Shown: piece after piece, positions 9,345 to 19,056 of the stretch | Position numbering within the stretch: position 1 is the first letter of the stretch | Layout of the letters: the number at the start of each line of letters is the position of its first letter | From: Bacillota bacterium | GTDB lineage: Bacteria; Bacillota; DTU030; DUMP01 | Assembly: GCA_030153805.1 (NCBI GenBank) | Contig: JASKLG010000001.1 | Coordinates: forward strand, 1 to 62,900 | DNA: 62,900 nt | Direction of reading: 5' to 3' | Position numbers and translations under genes: made by a program | The notes under the pieces: model-generated | Seen by the model: the letters and a program-made list of their open reading frames with translations, nothing else | What the model was told of the DNA's origin: nothing | The model's database searches: none

Positions 9345-9376
9345 AAGAAAAAAGAGGGCCTAGGAAGTGCCCTCTT
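9345..9376 (-). terminator. Intrinsic terminator after dapA
   Basis: AAGAGGGC...GCCCTCTT stem followed by TTTTCTTT. Confidence 0.75.
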
Positions 9377-9398
9377 ATGCGTGCCGAAACGGCGAACA

Positions 9399-10283
9399 TC
9401 AGATAAGCCCGACTTCAGCCAGAATCCCGCGCAGATACTCTTCCTCTTTCTCCGTAAGCGGCAGGAGAGGCAACCTCAACCCGCCTACAGGGAAGCCGGT
9501 CATCTTCATAGCTGCCTTTACCGGACTGGGACTGGTAGTAAAGAAGAGTCCCTTAAAGAGCGGGAAATACTTGAGGTGGATGTCCCTCGCCTTTTGCCAA
9601 TTACCCGCCGCAAAGCTGGCAATCATTTCCTTAAGCTGACTGGCAACAAGGTGTGAAGCCACCGAAACGACGCCCTTCGCGCCCACCGATAGCATGGGCA
9701 GCGTCAGGCTGTCGTCGCCGCTGTAAACGGTAAAGCCGGGCGGGGCCTTACGGCAGATCTCTGATACTTGGTCCAGGTTTCCACCGGCCTCCTTAAGCGC
9801 AACAATGTTAGGAACGTCCTGGGCCAGACGAATAACTGTGGGCGGATCGATGTTACGGCTGGTCCGGCCGGGCACATTATAGATCATCACCGGAAGTTTC
9901 GTGGCCTCGGCAACGGCCTTAAAGTGGGCGTACAGCGCATTCTGTGGTGGTTTGTTGTAGTAAGGCGTAACCAAGAGGATGGCATCCCCTCCCACCTCTT
10001 CGGCCTTCTTGGTGAGGGCAATGCTCTGCTCTGTGTTGTTGGTACCCGTGCCCAGCATCACCGGTACCCGGCCACGCGCCGCCTTGATCACCGTCTCCCA
10101 AAGAGCTACTTTTTCTTCTGTAGACAAAGCAGGCGACTCGCCGGTAGTTCCAGTTACCAAAAGCCCATCTGAACCGAGCTCAATCAAGTGCTCCGTAAGC
10201 TCTGCCGTGCGCTTGAGGTCCACCTTGAGGTCTTCGGTGAACGGTGTCACCATGGCGGTAATAACCGTACCTAACTCGACCAT
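9399..10283 (-). CDS. dapA: 4-hydroxy-tetrahydrodipicolinate synthase
   Basis: GTTGES, PYYNKP, YNVPGRT, Schiff-base LKEA, SGDD. Confidence 0.97.
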   Translation of the reverse strand: MVELGTVITAMVTPFTEDLKVDLKRTAELTEHLIELGSDGLLVTGTTGESPALSTEEKVALWETVIKAARGRVPVMLGTGTNNTEQSIALTKKAEEVGGDAILLVTPYYNKPPQNALYAHFKAVAEATKLPVMIYNVPGRTSRNIDPPTVIRLAQDVPNIVALKEAGGNLDQVSEICRKAPPGFTVYSGDDSLTLPMLSVGAKGVVSVASHLVASQLKEMIASFAAGNWQKARDIHLKYFPLFKGLFFTTSPSPVKAAMKMTGFPVGGLRLPLLPLTEKEEEYLRGILAEVGLI

Positions 10284-10310
10284 CTCCACCACCTCCATTA
10301 CGCATAGCTC

Positions 10311-11528
10311 TTATTTGCCTAATTCGAAGGCCTCGTGCAAGGCGCAGATCGCTTTTTCCGTATCCTCACCCCGGACTAGACAAGAAATGGTTGCATGGGA
10401 ATCTGCGGTCTGCAGAATCTCCGTACCGACTGCATGCAAGGCCGCCACCACTTTAGCCATTACCCCAGGCACACCGCGCATCCCTGCTCCGACTACGGAA
10501 ACCTTGGCCAGGCCGGTGGTTACTTCGGGTGCGAATCCGGCAGCCTCCAGAACTGCCTTCGCCCTAGGCGCATCATCTTCGGCTACGATGAAAGCCTTTA
10601 GCTCAGGGAAGACATTGATAAGGTCGATGCTGATGCCGGCTGCTGCCAAGGTCTGGAAGAGCTCCACCTCCCGCGCCTTATCGTCAGGGGGGAGCTTAAC
10701 CTTAAACTGAGCCACATGCGGCAGGTGGGCAATGCCCGTGATCAGTCTTTCCGGGCCTAGGGCCAGCCGTCCCGGATAAGGGACTCCCCGCGTCACCAGT
10801 GTGCCGGGGGCATCGGAAAAGGTAGAGCGTACCCGGAGCGGGATGTTGTACTGCATCGCTATTTCCACCGCACGAGGGTGAATCACCTTCGCCCCCTGGT
10901 AAGCCATCTGGGTGATCTCCTGGTAAGTGACCACATCCAGGGTGTGCGCTTCGTCAACGATCCTCGGATCGGCCGTCATAACCCCTTCGACGTCGGTAAA
11001 GATCTCAACTGCTTCGGCGCCCAGGGCCGCACCCAGGGCAGCTGCCGTGGTGTCGCTCCCGCCCCGCCCTAAGGTTGTAACCTCGCCCGTGTGCGTTTCT
11101 CCTTGAAAGCCGGCTACCACCGGGATATACCCTGCTTCAAGCACCTTGAGAATGGGCTCCGGCCGCACCTCCAAGATTCGGGCATCGCCGAAGGACTCAT
11201 CGGTGATGATCCCCGCCTGTCCCCCGGTAAGCGCCCGCGCCGGGTGCCCCTTTTTCGTGAGGAGCGCCGCCATCACGGAACAGGTGATGATCTCCCCGCA
11301 AGAGAGGAGGAGATCCCGTTCGCGCTTAGGAACTTCCGGTCCGGCCTCAGCCAAGAGTCCAAGCAGGGTATCGGTGGCGTAGGGATCACCCTTACGGCCG
11401 ATGGCCGAAACCACGACCACCGGAGCCAATCCATCCGCTTTAGCCTGAAGAACACGGTTCACCACCTGTTCCCGGGCCGCCGGCGTAGCGACGGAAGTTC
11501 CACCAAACTTCTGCACTACAATCCTCAT
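10311..11528 (-). CDS. dapG: Aspartate kinase (aspartokinase I type)
   Basis: VQKFGGTS, GDPYATD, TLGRGGSDTTA, ACT repeats. Confidence 0.95.
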   Translation of the reverse strand: MRIVVQKFGGTSVATPAAREQVVNRVLQAKADGLAPVVVVSAIGRKGDPYATDTLLGLLAEAGPEVPKRERDLLLSCGEIITCSVMAALLTKKGHPARALTGGQAGIITDESFGDARILEVRPEPILKVLEAGYIPVVAGFQGETHTGEVTTLGRGGSDTTAAALGAALGAEAVEIFTDVEGVMTADPRIVDEAHTLDVVTYQEITQMAYQGAKVIHPRAVEIAMQYNIPLRVRSTFSDAPGTLVTRGVPYPGRLALGPERLITGIAHLPHVAQFKVKLPPDDKAREVELFQTLAAAGISIDLINVFPELKAFIVAEDDAPRAKAVLEAAGFAPEVTTGLAKVSVVGAGMRGVPGVMAKVVAALHAVGTEILQTADSHATISCLVRGEDTEKAICALHEAFELGK

Positions 11529-11542
11529 ACTCTGCCCTCTCC

Positions 11543-12556
11543 TCACAAAAGCCCATCCTGCACCAAACGCTCCGCAATCTGAACGGCATTAAAAGCAGCA
11601 CCTTTGCGCACGTTATCGGCCACGATCCACATGTTTAGCCCTTTAGATATGCTGAAGTCTTCCCGGATGCGGCCTACATACACCTCATTTTGACCCGCTA
11701 CCTGGACCGGAAGAGGATAGGCCAACCTGGCCGGGTCGTCTACTACCACAACGCCCGGCGCCTGAGCCAGTATGCGGCGCGCTTCTTCCGGCGTAAGCTT
11801 CTCCTCGGTTTCAATGTTTACCGACTCCGAGTGGCCGTAAAAGACCGGCACGCGCACCGTCGTAGCGGTAACGGCAATGGTGTCGTCCTCCATAATCTTC
11901 TTGGTTTCCCGCACCATTTTCCATTCTTCCAGGGTATAGCCGGTTTCGTCGAAAACATCTATATGCGGCAGGACGTTAAAAGCGATCTGGTACGGATATA
12001 CGGAAGGCTTTACCGGCTTTCCTTCCAAGATCTGGGTGCTCTGGGTCTCAAGTTCGGCGATGGCCTCCAGCCCCGTGCCGGAAACCGCTTGATAGGTAGA
12101 AACCACTACACGTTTCACCCGGGCCCGGTCGTGTAAGGGTTTAAGTACCACCACCATTTGAATCGTGGAGCAGTTCGGGTTGGCGATAATCCCCTTATGC
12201 TTCTTAAGTGCTTCAGGGTTTACTTCCGGCACTACCAGCGGGACGTCCGGTTCCATACGGAAGGCATTGCTGTTGTCTACCACCACCGCTCCCCGCTTGA
12301 CCGCTTCCGGCGCCAGGGCCAGGCTGATGTCTTTTCCTGCCGAGAAGAGGGCGAGGTCAATTCCAGCGAAGGCCTCCGGGCGCGCCTCCTCTACCTTCAC
12401 TGCCTGTCCACGGAAAAGAACCTCATGCCCCTGCGAACGGGCGGACGCGAGAGGAAGGATCTTGTTTACGGGGAAGTTGCGTTCCTCCAGCACCTTCAGC
12501 ATGGTTTGGCCTACAGCGCCGGTCGCCCCTACCACAGCCACGTTGTATTTCTTCAC
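11543..12556 (-). CDS. asd: Aspartate-semialdehyde dehydrogenase
   Basis: GATGAVG, NPNCST, DNVRKGAA. Confidence 0.97.
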   Translation of the reverse strand: MKKYNVAVVGATGAVGQTMLKVLEERNFPVNKILPLASARSQGHEVLFRGQAVKVEEARPEAFAGIDLALFSAGKDISLALAPEAVKRGAVVVDNSNAFRMEPDVPLVVPEVNPEALKKHKGIIANPNCSTIQMVVVLKPLHDRARVKRVVVSTYQAVSGTGLEAIAELETQSTQILEGKPVKPSVYPYQIAFNVLPHIDVFDETGYTLEEWKMVRETKKIMEDDTIAVTATTVRVPVFYGHSESVNIETEEKLTPEEARRILAQAPGVVVVDDPARLAYPLPVQVAGQNEVYVGRIREDFSISKGLNMWIVADNVRKGAAFNAVQIAERLVQDGLL

Positions 12557-12599
12557 CGCTTTTACCTCCAGCCGAGTTTAGTTTAATGAAGTAGAAGTG

Positions 12600-13400
12600 T
12601 TAAATTTCGAGTAGGTTCTCCAGACCGTAGACCACCCCGTCGAGGTTGGACACCTTTTTTACCGCCAGGATAACCCCGGGGATGAAGGATTCCCGGCTAA
12701 TGGAGTCGTGTTTTAAGGTCAAACTTTGGCCTAGGCCACCAAAAACGATGGTATGGTGAGCCACAAAACCGGGCAGGCGCAAGCTATGGATTTTGATGCC
12801 CGCGAGCTCTCCTCCCCGCACTCCCGGCACCTTTTCCACTTTTGTTGGGGCCGGCTTAAAGTCTCCGGCCGCACGGGCAATCGCCTCTGCGTATTTGATA
12901 GCCGTCCCGGACGGAGCATCCAGTTTTTGGTCGTGGTGGGTTTCAATTATTTCCACCTGCGGGAAAAACCGCGCCGCCTGGGCGGCAAACTTGAGAAGTA
13001 AAACAGCGCCCACGGCGAAATTAGGAGCAATAACCGCGTTAACCCCTTGCTCACGATAAAGCGCGGCAATCTCCGGGATGTCAGCTTCGGTTATGCCCGT
13101 TGTCCCAATAACGGCGTGGGCTCCCTGTTTAGCTATAGTCTCCAAGTTTTTCTTTACGACGGCAGGACGGGTAAAATCGACAACAACTTCAGCACCGGTA
13201 CGGGAGATGGTACTTCCCAGGTCAGCGGCCAACTCAATGCCTAAGGGTTCGCGGCCTATGAGGATCCCAACATCTTGGCCAATACCGTTCTCGTGTCCCA
13301 CGGCACCCACAAGGTCCAGGTCCGGGTCGGCCAGGATTCCCTTAACCACCTCCCGGCCCATGCGGCCGTTGGCACCCGAGACGAGGACACGAATTCCCAC
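12600..13400 (-). CDS. dapB: 4-hydroxy-tetrahydrodipicolinate reductase
   Basis: GANGRMG, GTTG, ETHHDQKLDAPSGTA. Confidence 0.97.
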   Translation of the reverse strand: MGIRVLVSGANGRMGREVVKGILADPDLDLVGAVGHENGIGQDVGILIGREPLGIELAADLGSTISRTGAEVVVDFTRPAVVKKNLETIAKQGAHAVIGTTGITEADIPEIAALYREQGVNAVIAPNFAVGAVLLLKFAAQAARFFPQVEIIETHHDQKLDAPSGTAIKYAEAIARAAGDFKPAPTKVEKVPGVRGGELAGIKIHSLRLPGFVAHHTIVFGGLGQSLTLKHDSISRESFIPGVILAVKKVSNLDGVVYGLENLLEI

Positions 13401-13447
13401 GCCGTTTCACCTCCAACTGCTTTTGCCCTTTTTAAGGTATTACGTAT

Positions 13448-13476
13448 ATTCTCCTATAAATCCCGGGAGGTGTCAA
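13448..13476 (-). promoter_or_regulatory. Candidate sigmaA promoter for dapB-asd-dapG-dapA
   Basis: TTGACA-N17-GAGAAT (perfect -35, imperfect -10). Confidence 0.4.
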
Positions 13477-13732
13477 TATCCTTGTCGGCGCCGGCATCGA
13501 TAATAACCACTTCCCTGCCGATTTTCTTTATTGCCCGCCACGGGACAAGCGAAACCCGCTTTTCGCTGAAGAGCTGGAAAAGCTTCCCCCGGGTATTAAC
13601 CTCAAGACCTACGATTTCCCCGGTCTCGCCGTTGAAGACTAGGTCGGCGTCGCCGAAGTACCCGATGCGGCGCCCGTCCTGCAGGTTAATGAGCTCTTTG
13701 TCTTCCAAATCGCGTAGCCGCATTTTCATCAC
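13454..13732 (-). CDS. ymxH: YlmC/YmxH family sporulation PRC-barrel protein
   Basis: MRLRDLEDKELINLQDGRRIG...PWRAIKKIGREVVIID. Confidence 0.9.
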   Translation of the reverse strand: MMKMRLRDLEDKELINLQDGRRIGYFGDADLVFNGETGEIVGLEVNTRGKLFQLFSEKRVSLVPWRAIKKIGREVVIIDAGADKDIDTSRDL

Positions 13733-13745
13733 ACCCCTCGTTGCC

Positions 13746-14075
13746 TTACGCGTTCCGCTCGAGCCAGTGGGCCACGTACGGCTGAACCAACGCCAGGAGC
13801 AAAGAGAGCGTTGCCAGGGGCTCCATTTGAAAACCCAGTACTGCCACCCGTTCCGGCAAATCTAGCTTCAAGAAATTGCGTGTAAGAACCAGGGCTAAAT
13901 AAATTCCCCCGGCCGTGCCTATAAGCTCAACCAAGGCCTGGGAGAAAGGAGAAGAGCGCGGCTCTACCGGCAGTTCCTCCCCCCGCCGAAAGGCACGTTC
14001 ACGCCCACGGGCCCGTTCAGCCAGAGACAAGTATGTCAGTGCCACGAGCCCTACAGCCAATACCACCCCCAGCAT
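13746..14075 (-). CDS. Hypothetical membrane protein
   Basis: 109 aa with 3 hydrophobic segments, GGGGGTG RBS, in an operon with ymxH. Confidence 0.8.
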   Translation of the reverse strand: MLGVVLAVGLVALTYLSLAERARGRERAFRRGEELPVEPRSSPFSQALVELIGTAGGIYLALVLTRNFLKLDLPERVAVLGFQMEPLATLSLLLALVQPYVAHWLERNA

Positions 14076-14097
14076 GAAAACACCCCCTTCTCACCTA

Positions 14098-14126
14098 ATC
14101 CTATGCGGTGAAGAAGGGGGAAATGC
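14098..14126 (-). promoter_or_regulatory. Candidate sigmaE (mother cell) promoter
   Basis: GCATTT-N15-CATAGGAT upstream of the membrane protein/ymxH pair. Confidence 0.45.
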
Positions 14127-14578
14127 TACGCTCCCGTATGCCCGAATCCGCCGGCCCCGCGGAGGGAATCCGGTAGTTCCTCAACCTCTTCCCACTCAAC
14201 CCTGCCTACGGCGTTCAAAACGAGCTGCGCGATACGATCGCCGCGCCTGACGGTGTAGGGTTCTGTCCCGAGATTAACCAGAATCACTTTAATCTCCCCC
14301 CGGTAATCGCTATCCACCGTACCCGGGCTGTTGAGCAGTGTAAGCCCGTGTCGCCAGGCAAGGCCGCTCCGCGGGCGCACCTGAGCCTCCCAACCCGGCG
14401 GAACAGCCAAAGCGATCCCGGTGGGAACGAGGGCGCGCCCGCCCGGGGGAAGGGTGATTTCCTCCGTTAAGGCGGCGTATAGATCTAGCCCAGCGGCACC
14501 GGGACTCATATACGCCGGAAGCGGCAAACCTTCGCCGTGCGGAAGCCGGCAAATTGGTACTTTCAGGCGTTCCACCAC
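14126..14578 (-). CDS. dut: dUTP diphosphatase (trimeric)
   Basis: [38 protein letters not shown]. Start trimmed to GTG. Confidence 0.96.
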   Translation of the reverse strand: MVERLKVPICRLPHGEGLPLPAYMSPGAAGLDLYAALTEEITLPPGGRALVPTGIALAVPPGWEAQVRPRSGLAWRHGLTLLNSPGTVDSDYRGEIKVILVNLGTEPYTVRRGDRIAQLVLNAVGRVEWEEVEELPDSLRGAGGFGHTGA

Positions 14579-14580
14579 TC

Positions 14581-15819
14581 TCACTCCACTTCCTTCGGGT
14601 CCACCGGGCCGAGCACCACCGTCGTTAACTGTTCCCGGCCGAAGGCCCGGGCGCACAGTTGCTGTACGTCCTCGGCCGTAACCGCTCTAAGTTTATCTTC
14701 TACCTCTTCCACCGGGATGAATCGTCCTAAACTAAGTTCCTGTTTGCCCATACGAATCATCCTATTAGTTGTGTTCTCAAGGCTGAGGCGGAAGGTCCCT
14801 AAAACCTGGTTTCGGGCCCGTTCGATTTCGGCAGCCGGCACCGGTTCTTTAACAAGACTCTCCAGCTCCTGCTCTACAAGTTCCAGCCCGGCCTCAAGGT
14901 TTTCCTTGCTCAGGCCCAGGTAAATGGTAAACAGGCCTATACCCTGGTAGGCAGTATGGTACGAATAGACGGAGTAGGCCAGCCCTTTCTCCTCGCGGAT
15001 GTGTTGGAAAAGCCTGGAAGAGAGGCCTCCGCCCAAAATGCTGTTGGCCACCTCAACCACGTAATTCCTTTCGTCTTCTACCGGAACGCCAGGGGCTCCC
15101 AGGCAGACATGCACCTGTTCCGTGTCGCGCTCGAATAGCCTACGCCCGGCCCAGAAGTTAGGGGCGGAAAGCGCATGGGTCTGAGGCGAGCGCGTCCTGC
15201 CGGCAAAATACCGTTCCGCCAGCCGTACCAGCTCATCGTGTCTCAGGTTGCCGGCAGCGGTTATCACCAAGTTGGCCGGAGTGTAATAACGGGCGTAAAA
15301 AGCCCGAATCTGTTCGGGCGTGAGCGCGTTCAGGCTTTCTCTTGTCCCTAAAGTAGGACGGCCCAGAGGATGGTTGGGCCAGGCTACCTCTGTGAGCAAG
15401 TCGTGAACCAGCTCGTCGGGAGAATCCTCGTACATGGAGATCTCTTCAAGGACGACCTGCTTCTCCCGCGCAATGTCATCGCCGTCCAGGAGAGGCTCAA
15501 GGAACATGTCGAGCAGTACGTCTAAGGCCAGCGGAAGGTACTCCCCCAGCACCTTGGCGTAGTAACAGGTGTATTCTTTTGAAGTAAAAGCATTCAGCTG
15601 CCCTCCGACCGAGTCTAGTGCTTCGGCGATATCCCGAGCCCTTCGCTTCTTCGTCCCTTTAAACAAAAGGTGTTCCAGAAAGTGGGACACCCCTCTTTCT
15701 TCTTCAGTTTCCCATTTCGAACCGACGCCGACCCATAGGCCCAAAGCGACGGAAGAGACTCCGGGGATCTCCTCGGTGACAAGGCGCACTCCTCCGGGAA
15801 GTTCACTTTTTCTGTACAA
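14581..15819 (-). CDS. M16 family zinc peptidase (YmxG/MlpA-like)
   Basis: Inverted zinc motif [31 protein letters not shown] start behind GGGGGAG. Confidence 0.94.
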   Translation of the reverse strand: MYRKSELPGGVRLVTEEIPGVSSVALGLWVGVGSKWETEEERGVSHFLEHLLFKGTKKRRARDIAEALDSVGGQLNAFTSKEYTCYYAKVLGEYLPLALDVLLDMFLEPLLDGDDIAREKQVVLEEISMYEDSPDELVHDLLTEVAWPNHPLGRPTLGTRESLNALTPEQIRAFYARYYTPANLVITAAGNLRHDELVRLAERYFAGRTRSPQTHALSAPNFWAGRRLFERDTEQVHVCLGAPGVPVEDERNYVVEVANSILGGGLSSRLFQHIREEKGLAYSVYSYHTAYQGIGLFTIYLGLSKENLEAGLELVEQELESLVKEPVPAAEIERARNQVLGTFRLSLENTTNRMIRMGKQELSLGRFIPVEEVEDKLRAVTAEDVQQLCARAFGREQLTTVVLGPVDPKEVE

Positions 15820-15902
15820 TGCAACTCCCCCTGTTGGGTCGGGTACCTGCCGGCCCTCCTTGCCGGCCACCCAGGCACCCGCCTTTCCATTGACACGAAG
15901 TT

Positions 15903-15931
15903 ATTATACTGAAAAGGAATGGCCCTGTAAA
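15903..15931 (-). promoter_or_regulatory. sigmaA promoter of the M16-dut unit
   Basis: TTTACA-N17-TATAAT. Confidence 0.7.
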
Positions 15932-15957
15932 CGGTTCCACCAAACCCTTCGACAATG

Positions 15958-15989
15958 AAAAAAGCATAAACCCAAAAGAGTTTATGCTT
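15958..15989 (-). terminator. Intrinsic terminator after pnp
   Basis: AAGCATAAAC...GTTTATGCTT stem followed by a T tract. Confidence 0.8.
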
Positions 15990-15997
15990 CGGCCACC

Positions 15998-18106
15998 TTA
16001 TTTGCGTCCCGCCTTATCTTTCCCCGGTTCTGCCTTAAGGGCTTCCTTCCGCGAGAGGTTGATCCTGCCCTGCCGGTCTATTTCGGTTACTTTAACTACT
16101 ATTTCGTCGCCTACGCGGACCACATCCTCCACCCTGGCCACACGCTCACGCGCCAGCTGCGATATATGCACCAGGCCCTCTTTGCCGGGAAGGATTTCCA
16201 CGAACGCTCCGAAGTTCATCAAGCGGGTAACGCGGCCTACGTAAATTCCTCCGACCTCGACGTCGCGGGTCAGGAGTTTGATCTTTTCTTCGGCCCGCCG
16301 GGCCGCATCCTCATCCGCGGCCGTGATGAAGACCCGTCCGTCGTCCTCGATGTCAATCTGCACTCCGGTCTCCTCGATGATCTTGCGGATCGTCTTGCCA
16401 CCCGGGCCGATAACATCACGAATCTTGTCCGGGTCTATTTCCATGGTAATCATCCGTGGAGCGTATGGTGACAGCTTGGGCCGCGGCTTATCAATTACGG
16501 CCAGCATCTTATCCAGGATAAAGAGGCGTCCCCGCCTGGCCTGCTCCAAAGCCACGCGCAGGATATCTAGGGTAATACCGTGGACTTTGATATCCATTTG
16601 CAGGGCATTGATGCCCTTCTTCGTTCCAGCCACCTTGAAGTCCATATCCCCCATGGCATCTTCCAAGCCCTGGATATCGGTTAGCACGGCAAATTTATCC
16701 TCGCCTTTAATTAGACCCATGGCCACCCCTGCCACCGGCGCCTTAATGGGGACACCGCCGTCCATCAGAGCCAAAGTGCTGCCGCAGACACTGGCCATGG
16801 AAGTAGAGCCGTTGGACTCAAGGACTTCAGAAACCAAGCGAATAGTATAGGGAAACACGCTTTCATCGGGAATCATAGGCTCCAGAGCTCGCTCTGCCAG
16901 GGCACCATGACCTATCTCTCGCCTCCCGGGGCCGCGCATGGGTCTGGTTTCGCCGGTGCTGAACGGCGGGAAGTTGTAATGGTGCATAAAGCGTTTCGAT
17001 TCCTCAACGCCCAGCCCGTCCAGGATCTGCTCATCCCCCACCGCTCCCAGGGTCAGAGTGGTTAGAACCTGGGTCTGGCCCCGCGTAAAGAGGCCGGAAC
17101 CGTGAACGCGGGGAAGCACGCCCACTTCCACCGTGATGGGACGAATTTCATCCAGGGCGCGCCCATCCGGCCTTACCCCGTCCTCGAGAATCATCTTGCG
17201 CACCAATTCTTTGGTGAGCTGATGGACTACTTCCCGGATATCCTTTTCTTTATCGGGATACTCTTCAATGAACTTGAGGACCGCATCCTCCTCCACTTTA
17301 TCCAGCGCTTCTTCCCGTTGCAATTTTTCAGGCTCGCTCAGCGCCTTCTTAAGCTCCGGCTCGGCATAAGCGCGCACTTTAGCCTCGACTTCCGGATCCA
17401 CCTGGTAGAGGACCACCTGGCGCTTTTCTTTTCCTACCTTCTGAATGATTTCTTCTTCGAAAGCTACGAGTTCTTTGATGGCCTCGTGCCCAAAGGCGAT
17501 GGCGCGCAGCATGGTTTCTTCGTCTACTTCATCCGCCCCGGCCTCCACCATCATCACTGCATCCTTTTTTCCGGCAAGAGTTAGGTGCAGCCGGCTTGCT
17601 TCTTGCTGCGCTATGGTTGGGTTGAGCACAAATTCGTCCCCCACAAGCCCCACGACCACACCGGCAATAGGGCCATCGAAGGGAATGTCTGAAATAGAAA
17701 GGGCTACGGACGCGCCCAAAAGGGCGGCAATCTGGGGCGAGTTATCTTGGTCCACCGACAGCACCAGCGCTATAACCTGCACGTCGTTGCGAAACCCTTT
17801 CGGAAACAGAGGACGAATGGGCCGGTCGATGAGGCGCGCAGAAAGAATCGCCTTCTCGCTGGGGCGCCCTTCACGTTTAATAAAGCCACCTGGTATTTTA
17901 CCCACAGCGTAAAGCCGTTCCTCGTAATCCACCGTCAGCGGGAAAAAATCGATCCCCTCCCGCGGGGTATCAGAACAGCAGGCAGTTACCAGAACCACCG
18001 TGTCGCCGTAGCGCACCAGGGCTGCCCCGTCTGCCTGTTTGGCCACGTGGCCGATTTCTACGCTAAGCGGCCGGCCCGCCAGCGTAGTCTGAAAAACTTC
18101 CGCCAA
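15998..18106 (-). CDS. pnp: Polyribonucleotide nucleotidyltransferase
   Basis: [34 protein letters not shown] and S1 domains. TTG start at 18106 behind AAGGAGG. Confidence 0.98.
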   Translation of the reverse strand: MAEVFQTTLAGRPLSVEIGHVAKQADGAALVRYGDTVVLVTACCSDTPREGIDFFPLTVDYEERLYAVGKIPGGFIKREGRPSEKAILSARLIDRPIRPLFPKGFRNDVQVIALVLSVDQDNSPQIAALLGASVALSISDIPFDGPIAGVVVGLVGDEFVLNPTIAQQEASRLHLTLAGKKDAVMMVEAGADEVDEETMLRAIAFGHEAIKELVAFEEEIIQKVGKEKRQVVLYQVDPEVEAKVRAYAEPELKKALSEPEKLQREEALDKVEEDAVLKFIEEYPDKEKDIREVVHQLTKELVRKMILEDGVRPDGRALDEIRPITVEVGVLPRVHGSGLFTRGQTQVLTTLTLGAVGDEQILDGLGVEESKRFMHHYNFPPFSTGETRPMRGPGRREIGHGALAERALEPMIPDESVFPYTIRLVSEVLESNGSTSMASVCGSTLALMDGGVPIKAPVAGVAMGLIKGEDKFAVLTDIQGLEDAMGDMDFKVAGTKKGINALQMDIKVHGITLDILRVALEQARRGRLFILDKMLAVIDKPRPKLSPYAPRMITMEIDPDKIRDVIGPGGKTIRKIIEETGVQIDIEDDGRVFITAADEDAARRAEEKIKLLTRDVEVGGIYVGRVTRLMNFGAFVEILPGKEGLVHISQLARERVARVEDVVRVGDEIVVKVTEIDRQGRINLSRKEALKAEPGKDKAGRK

Positions 18107-18197
18107 ATCAGCAAACCTCCTTGCATCATATCTTCCCTTGTTTTCGGCGCTTAGGTTAGTATTTCCTTTTTTGTAGGTGAAAGACCTCACCTATTGG

Positions 18198-18220
18198 AAA
18201 AGAGCGGGTCGCCCCGCTCT
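18198..18220 (-). terminator. Terminator after rpsO
   Basis: AGAGCGGG-GCGA-CCCGCTCT followed by TTT. Confidence 0.7.
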
Positions 18221-18489
18221 CAGTGCCGTAAACCTAGCTTCTCTACCAACTTGCGGTAACGTTCAATATCCTTTTCCATGAGGTAATTGAGAAGGCCCCG
18301 CCGCCGTCCAACCATCTTTAAAAGCCCGCGGCGCGAATGATAGTCCTTCTTGTGCTCCTTCAAGTGTTCGGTCAGGTAGTTGATGCGTTCCGTGAGTATG
18401 GCAATTTGTACTTCAGGCGAACCTGTGTCCTGGTCATGTAGTTTGAACTTCTCGATGATCTCCTGCTTCTTTTCGCTTGTCAACGCCAC
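18220..18489 (-). CDS. rpsO: 30S ribosomal protein S15
   Basis: [35 protein letters not shown] start behind AGGAGG. Confidence 0.98.
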   Translation of the reverse strand: MALTSEKKQEIIEKFKLHDQDTGSPEVQIAILTERINYLTEHLKEHKKDYHSRRGLLKMVGRRRGLLNYLMEKDIERYRKLVEKLGLRH

Positions 18490-18499
18490 CGTATTCACC

Positions 18500-18568
18500 T
18501 CCTACTTTTCCGATCCCCATAGTCCCAGATAACCGTTGGAGTAGCGGTTGTCCGCGCCCATGGTTCAT
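18500..18568 (-). promoter_or_regulatory. S15-binding autoregulatory leader (Firmicutes type)
   Basis: AACCATGG...AACCG-CTACTCCAA-CGGTT...CTATGGGGA junction immediately upstream of the rpsO RBS. Confidence 0.65.
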
Positions 18569-18805
18569 TCACTTGCCGATAATGGTTATCACCAGACGAC
18601 CCGTCTTGGTATCTTTAGCTACCAAGTCGAAGCAGCGCCCGGAAGCCGCCACAAAACTCCGGAAGCGGGTTGCAGTAGGGATCCACCCGGGAATGCTGTA
18701 GGCAGCACTCATGATGTCTTCCGCTGTAATCCCGCCCTGCCTGTCCTGGCGGAGTCGCCGACAGGCATGCTCGGTAATGATGACCTTGAGCGGCGACATA
18801 TTCAT
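18569..18805 (-). CDS. Small hypothetical protein, DUF4258/BECR RNase-like
   Basis: IITEHACRRL...ITAEDI helix pair and a terminal LVITII strand. Start at 18805 or 18799. Confidence 0.7.
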   Translation of the reverse strand: MNMSPLKVIITEHACRRLRQDRQGGITAEDIMSAAYSIPGWIPTATRFRSFVAASGRCFDLVAKDTKTGRLVITIIGK

Positions 18806-18816
18806 CCGGCCGGCCT

Positions 18817-19035
18817 TTAGCTGCTGCCCAGCGCTTCTTCACCCTGGACAAACAGGGCATAGAGCGCGTCTTGGAAGGCCGCCAAGCACGCATTTTCCGG
18901 ATTTTCCCGGCGGTAAATAGCCTCCAGTTCCAGCCTCAGCTCCTGGAACTCCCGGCTCGTGCAAATGCGGGCAATCCTGGCCAGGATGTCCTTCAGTTCT
19001 TCCTCAGGCAGTTCCCAACTGCCCTGCATGACCAT
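18817..19035 (-). CDS. Small acidic helical hypothetical protein
   Basis: 72 aa, GAGGAG RBS, fills the intergenic space directly below a sigmaA promoter. Confidence 0.75.
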   Translation of the reverse strand: MVMQGSWELPEEELKDILARIARICTSREFQELRLELEAIYRRENPENACLAAFQDALYALFVQGEEALGSS

Positions 19036-19056
19036 CGCTCCTCGTGGTCGCCTCGG

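Noticed and set aside
13401-13453. Possible lysine riboswitch before dapB; possible T-box before proS (33516-33544)
   Set aside because: Both intergenic gaps are far too short and lack the conserved motifs.
18140-18170. sigmaH-like AGGA-N18-GAAA upstream of pnp
   Set aside because: The -10 lacks the conserved GAAT; too weak to call.
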